In this document: positions 11,295-23,529 of the stretch, piece by piece | Numbering within the stretch: position 1 is the first letter of the stretch | Layout of the letters: each line of letters starts with the position of its first letter | Program-made: the position numbers and the translations under genes | Origin: Octopus sinensis | Taxonomy: Eukaryota | Length of the DNA stretch: 64,000 nt | Reading direction: 5' to 3' | NCBI RefSeq assembly: GCF_006345805.1 | Contig: NC_042997.1 | Span: forward strand, 87,606,001-87,670,000 | The notes under the pieces: model-generated | Told to the model about the DNA's origin: nothing | The model's input: the letters and a program-made list of their open reading frames with translations, nothing else | Databases searched by the model: none

Positions 11295-13314
11295 TAGCTA
11301 ACACTTAGCTAAAATCTAGTTTCTACCTAGTCTGAACCAATCAATCCACCGCAGTCTTCATCCACACAGAGCTTACTCAACCATGTTCCAGTTCCAGCGA
11401 CAGACGACCAGACCAGCCAGTCATGTTCCTGCTCCAGCCAATGACGACGCTAACATACACCAGCAACGCCACCGACGCCTTCATCTCAACGTCACCTTTC
11501 TCTGCCGTCGCCATCACCATCGTCGTCCTTCACCTTCACGTCGTCTCCATCTCCGTCGCCTTCATCTCCAGCAACACTAATATGTACATAGCACTCATTC
11601 AGGTTTAGCTTTCACGCTGTTATGATTTTCACCGAGGTTAACAGCACAGCACTACCTGCGAGATCTGTACCAATGTAACCTGGCACAGCATTGAAGCCAC
11701 AACCGCTACACGACATGTGTTCAACCGGCATCTGCACTTGTGATCCGAACATCCTGTTACAGAACGAACTGCTATTATGTACTTTACTACGAACTGGTAA
11801 ATTAACTCCATCTTGTCTGAAATACCCTGAGAGACTTTTCCTATGCGCTGTATTTTGTTTTGCCCGCATACACCTTGTTTGTACTTCTGCCGCACACACG
11901 AGCACACATAGTTAATACACACACAAATGCTATCTCTGTCACATTCATACGCCACACATGCCTTTCTCGCTTGTTTTCCATGCTCAGTGTGCCCTTGTAA
12001 ACACAACTCATCTCTGTAAGACCCTAGGTCGGTCACGCATACATAGAGAAAGTTGTTTGTCCCTTACAACGCTCCAGCATGCCACACTTTTGTTCCTGCA
12101 CAACCGAGGCATATAATAGCTCAAGCACTGGCTGGCAGCCTCAGCCTTACCGCATTAATCACTGGCATATTCAATACTGTACACTGTATTTCAGCCTAGC
12201 AAGTCCTATTGCACTCATGCACCTCTGTTCTGCACGTGTACTCCCTTGTTTTGCAACACGTCTGCGTCAGCTCAATTCTTCTCCCGACTCAAAGCACGTC
12301 GGATGTTCACATGCGCTGCGCTCATGTTTAGGCATAATTTCCCCCTGTTAGACCCCTGTTGGTCACGTAATTAACAGAGAAAATTATCTGTCTCGCACCC
12401 AAGTTGCACCCAAAAAGTGTAAAGAAGCAAACAGTTCCCTTTACGTAACTATCAAAAAGTATTAAAAAGTTTAATATACATAAATACAGATATATACACT
12501 TTGTATATATACATTATATTTGACGAACTTATAAAGGGAAAGTGAAAGGGAGTTAGAGGGGAATGGAGGAAATAGTGTGAGTGAGTGAGGAAGACATATA
12601 CGTAAAAGAACGGAAGTGGACTTGTGAAAGTGGGTTTTTGGCCCCTAGCAACGACACCTTTTAAGATAGAGATCTCTAAGGTAGCCCACGCGCATCGTCA
12701 CCTCATTTTACATGTCCCTGTAAATTTTAAAAATATAATATAGAAAATTGAAAAATTTAAATTATTTAAATTTAAAATAAAAATTATTAAATTATATTTA
12801 TAATTTGTTTAAAAATATATATAACTATCAAAAAGTATTAAAAAGTTTAATATACATAAATACAGATATACACTTTGTATATATACATTATATATAAAAT
12901 TTATATATCGAACACACACACACACATATATAAATGAACGCAATGAATATCTGATTCATAATATTTGTTCTCATGATTGTGTGTTGGTGGTGGCGTGTGG
13001 CGATAATTCTCCCTATGAATGCAGACAGATACATCAAAGAACGCCGTCTGACGAACTTTACATTGAATAACGGGAGTGGACTTGTCAAAGTTATATATGA
13101 AGGGGAGTTAGAGAGGGAATGTAGGAAATAGCGTGAGTGAGGAAGATGGCCCCTAGCAACCACACCTTTTAAGATAGGGATTTCTAAGGTAGCCCACGGG
13201 CATCGTCACCTCATTCTACATGTCCCTGTAAATTTTGGAGCGAATCGGACGGGACGTAGTGGCATTGAAAGCGATCCAAGCGGTAAAAACGCATTTCAGT
13301 TTTATATATAGAGA

Positions 13315-14575
13315 TAGAGACTACTTATATGCACTAAATGTATGTTTTTGCCAATGCTTACACCTGTATGCTCGCTCTATAACCGTGTTTACTAGAGTAT
13401 TTTTAGAAAAAAATAATGAAAAATAGCTCAGAATTGCAGAGAAGACAGAATTTCTTGCCTTTGTCATATGGTATCGAAATTGAGAGGATCAACCATTCTA
13501 AATGAAATTATTCATTGTGGTCTTTTAAATCCCAAATCAGTTTGCTGAGACTGGTACTATTCCGTTTATTTCTATCCCTAAATGTTGAGTAATGGATAGA
13601 AATTCTTTTAGATAACTCTAACGATGTGCTTCCAATGTAAAATCGTACTTTATTACGAGTACTGATTATACACTGGTATATAGAATTTTTAATCTTAGAG
13701 TTACTTGACATAAACTTAATTCTATTGGAATTGACTTCAGATACAATAACCCTGTTATTAATATTTCTAGAGGGTTGGATGGTATTAGCTAAATTAATGT
13801 TAGTATTAGTAAATGTATTAATATTTAACAGTTTGTTATTATGAGAAGATATAATTTGCAAGAGATTTTTTGTGTTTGAAAAACCTATCCTAACCTTATG
13901 TGAATTGATTATAGAGTAATATCTAGAATTGTTTGGAAAATTCCTAGCAATAGCTTGACGAAACAGCAGCGGGAGATTAGATTTAATTTGTCTCCCGTAA
14001 GGAATTATTAACCAAATATTTTTACTAGTATTCATAGTGTAATTACTTTTGAAGGTGTTATATTTACTTTTAGATCGATAATAGGGGATTAAATAAGGGT
14101 TATCTGCCTTCATTCGCTTTGTATCGGTGCGTAAGTTATGTTTGTTATCAATAATTCTTTTACGACTAGAAATCTTATCTACATTTACAATTAGACTGAG
14201 CAGAATCAATATAGAAAATATTTTCTGTATAACCTACTTTGATTAAGGCAGAGTTATAGAATTCAGCGTTATTATTGAAAATATCAACATTAGCAGATAA
14301 TTTAGATAATCTAAATGAAATATTCTTAACTAAGTTCTTAGTAATTGCTCCAGGATGATTACTAAATTTGCTAATATACTTAAGATTGGTCAACGGTTTA
14401 TGATATGGGAAGTAAGAGTCAATGTGTAAATTAAGCATAATATCTAAAAAGTTGGCCTTCGTGATATCGTCATCAAAAACGATTTTTAAGCCCATTCTAC
14501 TGAAAAAATTAACTAAACTATTCTTAACTTTTTGTACCTTTTGGTTGGAAACATTTTGGAGGTAAAGTAAACAAT
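13315..14575 (-). mobile_element. Penelope-like element, 5'-truncated: RT thumb + GIY-YIG endonuclease
   Basis: NFLDIMLNL...YHKP...SNHP (14175 ORF); WLIIPYG...SHNNKLL...IYQC...FYIGSTS...TSLSKLIWDLKD (13508 ORF). After an in-frame TAA it continues EWLIL...PYDKGKKFCLLC and, via a frameshift, ...RCKHWQKH...YK* with TAG at 13321-13323. Confidence 0.9.
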
Positions 14576-14645
14576 CATATATATATGTATGTGTGTGTAT
14601 ATGTGTGTGTGTGTGTATATGTATGAATGTGTATATATATATATG

Positions 14646-14684
<39 letters not shown>

Positions 14685-14984
14685 GCAGTAGCAGAGAGAT
14701 ACCCAGTGTTGCCTGTGACACATGCAATTGAAGAATTAGACTTTTCTGTTATATTTTCTCTAATGAACTGGAATACCTATGACTCGAATTTCATCAAAAT
14801 TGCAGATGAGGGTTCTTTCCCTCTTTACACACCCTAAAAAAATTCTAATCATGACACATATATCCCATACTACTGACCTTTATGCACAGATTCCAAAATT
14901 CCAGTCTTATGGAACCTGTTAAAAGGATTTTGCTCCTGAAAAATGGAGGTCATGGAGCTCTAAAATGTGAGAGAAAAGTTGGAC

Positions 14985-15740
14985 ATAAGAAGCATCAAAT
15001 GTGGTGTGTAAGAGAGATGACTGGGCTGATATGGTCATGTAATGCATATGGATGAGGACAGTTGTGTGGAAAAGTGTCACAGAGGCAATAAACAGTGGAG
15101 GGAACCTGTGGAAGAGGTAGACCCAGGAAGACCTGAGATGAAGTGGTGAAGAACGATCTTTAAATGCTGGGACTCACAGAGGAAATGAAAAGCAACTGAG
15201 ACCTTTGGAGATATGGGGAGAAGGCTTGGCAAACCGAGTGAAACTGTAGCTGTGGCCAATGCCAGTATCGCATAACTGACCCATTTAAGAGTACACTTCA
15301 ATCATTGAGCAATATGCTCTTCTTGAGAAGACCTGTTGAGTCAAATGAAATCATTGTCGTTGCCGATGCCAGTAATGCTTGACTGGCATCCATGCCAGTG
15401 GCACGTAAAAAGCACCATTCAAGTGTGGTTAATGCCAATCACACCAGACTGGTTCCCATAGCATGTAAAAAACACCATTCGAGCAAGGTCGTTGCCAGTG
15501 CCACCTGACTGGCTCCTGTGCTAGTGGTACATAAAAAGCACCATTTGAGCATGGTCAATGCCAGTGCTGCTTCACTGCCAGTGGAACGTAAAAAACCACC
15601 CACTACACTCTCAGAGTGGTTGGCATTAGGAAGGGCATCCAGCTGTAGAACCCTTGCCAGTTCAGATGCTAGTCCTCAGTCAAACCATCCAACCCATGCC
15701 AGCATGGAAAGCGGACGTTAAATAATGATGATGATGATGA
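14985..15740 (+). mobile_element. RTE LINE 3' end (ORF C-terminus + repeat-containing 3' UTR + (GAT)n)
   Basis: Translation YGHVMHMDEDSCV...GTCGRGRPRKT*DEVVKNDL...LGLTEEM, then ~4 ggcacgtaaaaagcacc units and the (gat)n tail. Confidence 0.85.
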
Positions 15741-15881
15741 TACTCATACATATCCATCTGTCTATCTATCACAGATATATATATATATATTTATAAAAAA
15801 CATAAATCCCAAAGAAGAAGCACACTCCCCCTTTTTAACACACACACACATATATATGCACATATATATAAATCCACATTC

Positions 15882-15912
<31 letters not shown>

Positions 15913-16559
15913 CATGCATGCATGTATGTATGTCAGTATGTATGTATGTATGTATGTATGTATGTATGTATGTATGTATGTATGTATGTAGTACATAATA
16001 TGTTGCAATCTGATTATATTTCTTTATAAAGCTCTTTATTTGCTATTCTAATCAGATATTATGTTATAGAACCCAATCCATCAAAAGGATTGCAAAGCAG
16101 ATATCAAATTATTCATTTTCAATCTAAGTAAATATTCCTTGAATAAATTTGAATATTACGCAATAACAGACAAAGAAGTAAAAGAAGAAAAATGCACCAA
16201 CAACCTAAACTCGAATCAGGAATAAAAACAATATCCTTGGATTTGGTACAAAGGAATTTTCTAATTTCATAGACTTCAAAGTCTTTATATGCTCAGATAG
16301 ATCTGTCAAACTCAGCTACTAATTCCTCTTAACATAATGCCATATATTTCACTTGATGCAATTATAACATCACTACTTTCTCTCTCTCTGGTCAATGTTT
16401 TACACTCTGTAGGTGTTAGGCATACATACATCATCATCTTCATTGTTAACTCCATTATCATCATATTTATGACAATTTTTCCTGGCTTTCATGGGCCAGA
16501 TGAAATTTTTGAGGCAGCTCTTATGTGGCCAGATGTCCTTCCCATTGGCAACCCTCATA

Positions 16560-16782
16560 CAAGAGGGTGCTGAAAAGTTCTTGGTTTCATGTAAAAGAAA
16601 ATACACCAGGATCAGTTAATTATGGTTTTATTCAACATATTCCCCTCTCAGATTCACACACTTATTGCAGCAGCAGCAGTCCTTCAGTTTTTCTTAGCTC
16701 TTCAAAAGAACTTGGAAGATTGGGCCTCCAATCAGGCCTTTCACGATACTCTTAAAGCCAGAAACTTTTCAACACCCCTTTG
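16560..16782 (-). mobile_element. Mariner-derived MITE with TA TSD
   Basis: Left end caagagggtgctgaaaagttcttggttt vs reverse complement of right end caaaggggtgttgaaaagtttctggctt; TA at 16558-59 and 16783-84. Minus strand keeps the transposase C-terminus NKCVNLRGEYVE*. Confidence 0.85.
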
Positions 16783-16969
16783 TATGGTTTCCAAGCAAGG
16801 TAATATTTTCTCATAGCTAGACATATTTTTCCCAGAAGACTGGGGGAAAAACAACCTCTTATGTCTTAATGATGCTTATTTACAACTACCATATGATATC
16901 TAGACAAGGTACAATAAAGATACACACATACATACACACACATATATATGCAACATATGTAAATAAACT

Positions 16970-17190
16970 TTTGTTTTTGTTTCTGGAAGTGTTGAATGTT
17001 TATCATATCTTACAGACAAGAAAGTAATATCTTGAATGCAGGGCTGCCTGCTGACAACTTTTTCCATCATATAAGGGTAAAATACACAATCTTCCTGCTG
17101 TTTTCACAGCTATACTGCATTTGAAATAAATATTACTTTCTTGTCTGTGTCATACAATACACATTCGACACTTCCAAACACAAAAAAAAC
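16970..17190. repeat. Foldback (MITE-like) element with ~60-bp inverted arms
   Basis: ggaagtgttgaatg...cagacaagaaagtaatat (~16970-17030) pairs with atattactttcttgtctg...cattcgacacttcc (~17130-17190); partial second copy at ~17725-17835. Confidence 0.65.
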
Positions 17191-17276
17191 CCCCCAAAAT
17201 GTTTGTTTACATATGTTGTTGCATTTCATATAAGATATGTATTTAGTGCTTAATTTGATAGAGATTATTGTCATAG

Positions 17277-17657
17277 GGACAGGAGTGGCTGTGTGGTAAG
17301 TAGCTTGTTTACCAACCACGTGGTTCCGGGTTCAGTCCCACTGCGTGGCACTTTGAGCAAGTGTCTTCTACTATAGCCTTGTGAGTGGATTTGGTAGACG
17401 GAAACTGGAAGAAGCCCGTCGTATATATGTATGTGTATGTGTGTGTGTTTGTGTGTCTGTCCCAATACCATTGCTTGACAACTGATGCTGGTGTGTTTAT
17501 GTCCCCGTCACTTAGCGGTTCGGCAAAAGAGACCGATAGAATAAGTACTGGGATTACAAAGAATAAGTCCCGGGGTCAAGTTGCTCGATTAAAGGCGGTG
17601 CTCCAGCATGGCTGCAGTCAAATGTCTGAAACAAGTAAAAGAGTAAAAGAGAGAAAA
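17277..17657 (+). mobile_element. SINE family A, full length, relatively young
   Basis: Complete head (gtggctgtgtggtaag...ggttcagtccc), TA/TG core and tail; many CpGs retained. Confidence 0.9.
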
Positions 17658-17857
17658 GAGAGAGCAGATGTGCTTAATGACAGAATACTCAGCTGACATC
17701 TGGGGAGTACAGGTTTGAGTCCCGTAGCCATCTGCTGACAACTTCTTCTGTCATATAAGAGTAAAAACCCAATCTTTCTGCTGTTTTCATGGCTATACTG
17801 TGTTTGAAATATTACTTTCTTGTCTGTATGATAGGACATACATATATATACATACAT

Positions 17858-17890
<33 letters not shown>

Positions 17891-18140
17891 CAAATACACA
17901 CACACACATATATATGTATTTGGGAAAATGAATAGAAATGACTTTTCTGATAATTCTTCCACTTTAATAATTAGATGTTTATAAGTTTTCAAAAGGTGAA
18001 ACTCTAATAGGAATTTCTCACTTAAAAGCAGTTTTCAAACTGATATCAAATTATTAAAGTGGAAAAATTATTAGAAAAGCCATTTCTATTCACTTTTTTA
18101 AATATATAATACTGTACCAAGGACATTCTATTTTTTATTC

Positions 18141-18235
<95 letters not shown>

Positions 18236-18269
18236 CATATATGTATTGTTATATTTTAGGATCCCTTTT

Positions 18270-18480
18270 TTTCTTTTATTCTTTTACTTGTTTCAGTTAT
18301 TTGACTCCATCCATGCTGGAGCATTGCCTTTAGTTGAACAAATCAAACCCAGGACTTATTCTTTGTAAGCCTAGTACTTATCCCATTGGTCTCTTTTGCC
18401 AAACTGCTAAGTTACAGGGAAGTAAGCACACCAACATTAGTTGCCAAGCGATGGTGAGAGGACACACACACACACATTTA
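18270..18480 (-). mobile_element. SINE family A tail
   Basis: Reverse complement of the tail module (ttttacttgtttcag...catgctggagca...ccaggacttattctttgtaagcctagtactta). Confidence 0.75.
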
Positions 18481-18505
18481 CATACATTCATATATATATA
18501 CATAG

Positions 18506-18895
18506 GTACAGACGTGGCTGTGTGGTAAGAAGCTTGCTTCCCACCCACATGGTTCCTGGTTCAGTCCCACTGCGTGGTACCTTGGGCAAGTGTCATCTGC
18601 TGTAGCTTCAGGCTGACCAAAGTCTTGTGAGTGGATTTGATGGAAGGAAACTGAAAGAAGCCCAATGTATATATATATATATTTATATACATTTGTGTGT
18701 CTATGTTTATCTCCACCACCATTGCTTGACAACCGATGTTGGTGTGTTTATGTCCCCGTACTTAGCGTTTCAGCAATAGAGACCGATAGAGTAAGTACTA
18801 AGCTTACAAAGAATAAGTCCTGGGGTCAATTTGTTTGACTAAAAGGCAGGCAGTGCTCCAGCACGGCCGTAGTCAGATGACTGAAATAATATAAG
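18506..18895 (+). mobile_element. SINE family A, full length
   Basis: Head, (TA)n core and tail all present. Confidence 0.88.
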
Positions 18896-18904
18896 AAATA
18901 TATA

Positions 18905-19070
18905 TTCAACAGGCTTCTTTCAGTTTCCATCTACCAAATCCATTCACAATGCTTTAGTTGACCTAAGGCCATCGTAGAAGACATTTGCCCAAGGTGCCAA
19001 GCAGTGGGACTGAACCTGGAACCATGTGGTTGGGTAGCAAGCTTCTTACCACACTGCCACTCCTGCACCT
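18905..19070 (-). mobile_element. SINE family A head
   Basis: Reverse-complemented head module. Confidence 0.78.
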
Positions 19071-19099
19071 ATATGGTCATTTTTTTTTTTTGCCAAATA

Positions 19100-19297
19100 G
19101 ACACACACACTGTATATTCAATCTTCAGTCATTTATTACTGTTCTTATTTTAACTGATGTCCATTGTCTGGAATTCTTTTGTCACACATCCTTGACCTCT
19201 TCAGCAACACTTTCTGTCCTTTTGTATGCTCTTGCTCCACTTAGTCTATTCTGTTTTATGATGTATATCTTTATATGTGCATGCATTTGCATCTGTA

Positions 19298-19333
<36 letters not shown>

Positions 19334-19975
19334 TATGCATGTGTGTACATGTGTCTATGTGTTTCACATGTGTGCTTATGTATGTATATATGGGCTTGTG
19401 CCCTTTATACTATTGTTATCATTATTGTCATTGTTCTTTGTGGTACTTTGACCCTACTCTCACCTAACTTTTCTCTTCTGTTGCTTCTGCTGTTGTTCTT
19501 GACCCTTACTTTTGGTGATTTTGTTCATGTTGTTGTTACTATGGTTGTTGTTTTTGTGGTCATTTGTGAAGTTACTGTATGTGTGTTTGTGTGTGTATAT
19601 GGGTTTGCTTACTATATTGTTTGCATTTCTGCCCTTTATATAGTTTTTTTTTACTTATCTCTGTTTCTTATATTTATCATAGGTATGTACATGTTTGTCT
19701 TTTGTGTGTGTATTACACTGTTGGTACGTGTTACTCCTTTTTGTTTTCTCCTTTGTTGCATGGTGTGGTGGTGGTGGTGTTATTATTCCATTTGTATTTT
19801 CTGTTAAGGCTTGGTCTGTCTATTAGTATGTGTGTGGCCTCTGTAATCTATCTAAGTGTTGTGTCAGTTCTATGCATTGATAATACCTTAACATCTATGT
19901 TATTAACTGAGCCTCTATGTTCTGCTTGAGCATGTTGGTAGAGCACTGATGAGCCTTTCTTCTCTTTGAGCTCTT
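19100..19975 (-). mobile_element. Penelope-like element 3' end (GIY-YIG C-terminus + A/C-rich 3' UTR)
   Basis: Minus-strand translation ELKEKKGSSVLYQHAQAEH...VKVLSMHRTDTTLR*ITEATHILIDRPSLNRKY (EAxHI...PxLN end motif); decayed HHR-like motif at ~19160-19210. Confidence 0.65.
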
Positions 19976-19999
19976 CAGCATGCAGTATAAGGGAGCAGG

Positions 20000-20115
20000 T
20001 AGGGGAACACTGGTAGGAGCTCAAAGAGAAGAAAGACTCATCAGTACTTGACCAACATGCTCAAGTAGAACATAAAGATTTGGTTAATAACATAGAGGTT
20101 AAGGTATTATCAACT
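20000..20115 (+). mobile_element. Inverted partial copy of the same PLE endonuclease segment
   Basis: GEHW*ELKEKKDSSVLDQHAQVEH...VKVLS on the plus strand; forms a ~100-bp imperfect inverted repeat with 19880-19975. Confidence 0.65.
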
Positions 20116-20205
20116 TGGTGGAATTTGAACTCAAAACCTAATGGCAGACGAAACACTGCTAAGCATTTCATCTGGTGTGCTAATGATTCTGCTTGCTCAT
20201 CACCT
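20116..20205 (-). mobile_element. SINE family B 5' fragment
   Basis: ggaatttgaactc...ctaagcatttc...gtgctaatgattctgc is the reverse complement of the family B head. Confidence 0.72.
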
Positions 20206-20330
20206 TAATATAATATAATAATATAACAAATGTGAACGTCAGTGCATCAGTGTGTCACACTTTTTCAACTTTACTCCTAGAGGCAGTAGCCCAACATATA
20301 CCATTTTTGAATCTGGTTGACTCCATGAGT

Positions 20331-20550
20331 AAATTAAAAACATTCCAGGCTGAATCCAGACCCACAATCCTGAAATTTTGGATTCCCAAGTTTTCATTAC
20401 TGTGATTGCTTACGGTGACTTTTTTATATAACAATTTTTATAATCTAAATTAAAAACATTCCAAGCCAAATCTGGACCTGCAATCCTGAAATTTTGGATT
20501 CCTATGGTTTCATTACTGCGATTATTTTAGGCGATTTTTTTACATGATTT
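20331..20550 (+). repeat. ~116-bp diverged tandem duplication
   Basis: aaattaaaaacattcca...caatcctgaaattttggattcc...ttcattactg starts at 20331 and 20447. Confidence 0.8.
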
Positions 20551-20829
20551 CTTCCCACGAATATGATCATTTAGATATGACTCAGGAGAAAGCAATTGCA
20601 ATAAATTTTCCAAAACAAGTTAGTGATCTGTTTGCAGATCTTCCTATTCCTCTCAGTGAAAGTGAAAATAAAGAGGCTTAAAAGAGTTATTAAACAATAT
20701 TGTTGAATGAGGAATATGAGTAGGAGAGTGAGAATTAATTAACAGAGAGCAAGCTACAGAAATAAGTTTGATCATGCTAATTAGTAAAGTTAGTAAAGTT
20801 ACTTCTTCAGTCATACTGCAGGTTTCCCA

Positions 20830-21025
20830 GTTTCATGGCATATATATTCCTCACCTGGACAAGATGCTGGTCTATTGCAAGATTACATGTTTTTGCCAGC
20901 TGAGTGGACTGGGGCAACATGAAATGAAGTGTTTTGCTCAAGAACACATGTTGCCTGGTCCAGGAATCAAAACCACAATCTTATGATCATGACTCCAACA
21001 CCCCTCGCCACTAAGCCACGCACTT
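20830..21025 (-). mobile_element. SINE family C-like, decayed
   Basis: cagctgagtggactggggcaacatgaaatgaagtgttttgctcaagaacac is the reverse complement of the central block. Confidence 0.65.
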
Positions 21026-21612
21026 CCATGATCATGCTAATTACATACATAGGTAACATATCATCATCATCATCATCATCATCAACCTTTGGACATTACA
21101 GTCTTAAGTCCCAATACTTGCGGGGTTGGTTAAGTGGTTTCCATGGCTTATAAATGAATGAGATCACAACATATCCTTTGAAAAGAGTTACTCATTTACC
21201 CCTGAGTGGACTGGAGCAACATTAAATGAAGTGTTTTGCTAAGATGGAACCCTGACATATACTACTGTTATGGGTCAAAACAGACCTGGGAGTAATGGTA
21301 ATTAAGGAACGGCTCCATGACCCCACAATTCCAGAACTCCCAAACTGGACCCTCACCACTAGACACAGTTTAATGTCATACCTTGGCTGTATGGATGGAT
21401 GTACATGCATACACATGAATCCCCATTTGACATCAGTTTGGTGAGAAAAATACTGGAGAGACAAAATATTTATGGACCATTTATGATGAATTTTAAATAT
21501 ACATACAACTTTAAACCTATTACTTGTAGAGTGACAAAACTTTTTTCTTTGATGAAAAGAACAAGGCACTTGATTGTTGTTGATCTAAATAAACTTTAAA
21601 ACTCCAATCAAT

Positions 21613-21615
<3 letters not shown>

Positions 21616-21675
<60 letters not shown>
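21616..21675 (+). repeat. (GA)n microsatellite
   Basis: Direct run. Confidence 0.95.
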
Positions 21676-21679
<4 letters not shown>

Positions 21680-22662
21680 ACTACACATACAATATATATA
21701 GAAAGACAGAAAGATATGCAGATGATGCATATATAATTAGCATTTGATATCGTTTTACACCCACTTTTCCTTACATGTATGAGTTGGATGTTTTTACTGA
21801 ATTAGTGTTTTACAGCCAAATTCCTTTTCTATTATGAACTCTCATCAACTTCTTCAAGTATCACTTGAAAAGGAAGGTGAGAGTAGAGAAGGAAGTTTTG
21901 TCTAGCGAATGCTTCAACAAAAGATGGGTGAATGTAGCAAGGATAGCATGTGTGAATGATGGAGCCACCTTGAGCATGATCCTATGAACCAGAAAAAAAC
22001 ATAGAGAAAAAGAGAGTTACCTACTTGTAAATGTGTTATTGTATGACATTATTGCCCAAGGTTACTGTGGTCTTTTCGTAGGTTTTTCTTTCCACAGATA
22101 AACCTCCCCCACTTTTGGGAACTTTTTGTACTATTTCGACTTTTGTATATCCCTTTTGATCGTTGTTCCTATTTATATTTATTTTTTGTTTGTTTTTGCC
22201 CCCCTTGAAAAGAAAAAATTCTACATTGTATTTGTCCCTCTATGTTCAAGCCCTGTGTGGCCAATAAAGAAAGTTATTTATCTATCTGCCTGTCTGTCTA
22301 TCTAGTTATTCATCTATCTGTCTGTCTGACTATCTAGTTACCAATTTGTCTATCTGTCATCTGTTTGTCTAACTATCTGTCTGTCTGTCTGCCTGCCTGC
22401 CTGTCCTGACAAAGGTGGTTAAGTGTTAAAACCTGTAACAGCAACTAAACTCTTATTGTCTATTGCCTCTCACACTATTCTGCCATAAGACATTTACCAA
22501 CATTTAACTATACAGATGCTACATTCATACTTTTAACCATATGTTGCTTGAGATATGCCAATGCATCATAATCATAATATGTCTTCAGGAAATGATTAGT
22601 GATTTAACTGCTGGAATGAAAATTGATTCAAATACATTTGCACTATAAAAAGGTTTTATTTC

Positions 22663-22694
<32 letters not shown>

Positions 22695-23529
22695 TTCTCT
22701 CTTTCCCTCTCTCTCCTTCTCTTTGTCTCTCTCTCTGTTAATGCCTTCATTAAATGCATAATGTATAAATTATAAAGTAATTTAATTGTGAAGAGTTGTC
22801 CCAGAAGACATTAATTGTCAAATGACTTATAGCTGAAGTTGAAAGGCTGAGTTTAAAAGGAATATTTTTCATATTTAGCATCACATTAGAGTAGAAAATA
22901 TGCTATGATATTATAATCTGTATGCATTGAAATTTAGATATAAATATGTTTTCTTTGTATTTATGTAGTTCTTTTCAATTATTACTCATGTTTATAAAGA
23001 TGTTGGACACCAGATCTATTGATATCATATTGACGCTATATCTATCAATGAACATCAAGAACGTGTAAATGAGGAAAACTTGGCTAAGGTATTTAACATC
23101 CTCCTTGTGAAAGATCATTTTAATAAAGAATTTATTTGTGTTCAAGGTGTTTATTGATTCACACCACTGAGTCACAATATATTGCTCTTTAATTAAATGG
23201 TTTATTCAGGGTGGCTCCTGTGAACTTCTCTGGGCTGGTAAGCTGGAAGGCTGCACCAAACTCAGTGACCCCTGTGAACTTCTCAGATGATTCTCTGTGC
23301 CAGCAATATCAATGTGGTCAACATTCATCTTCAACAACTGTAACTTGATGATAACAGTGAAAGGGAGATGGGTTGGGAAAGAAGGGATATGGTTGCACAG
23401 AAAATTCTTGAGGTCAAAAGTTTCAGGAAAAAGGATTAGTAAACTATCTAGTGTAAGGGCCTGGATGGGAAGGCATGATATTGGTAATGAAAATAAAAAA
23501 GACTGTGTTGGACAGCTTGGCTGAAGGTG

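Larger units (their letters stand above)
10106..13314 (-). mobile_element. Non-autonomous Helitron
   Basis: Minus strand starts A|TCTCTATATATAAAA (13314) and ends with hairpin acccgc-7nt-gcgggt (10119-10137) followed 13 nt later by CTAG|T (10106): canonical 5'-TC, 3' hairpin-CTRR, A|T target. No Rep/helicase ORF; internal tandem repeats. Confidence 0.8.

Noticed and set aside
13500-13512. Selenocysteine-type readthrough in the PLE ORF, as described for Naiad PLEs
   Set aside because: The in-frame stop is TAA, not TGA; a frameshift follows, and I see no convincing SECIS in the reconstructed 3' UTR.
19946-19975. ctgatgag suggesting a plus-strand hammerhead
   Set aside because: No GAAA after a stem II; it is the antisense of the PLE codons for SSVL.
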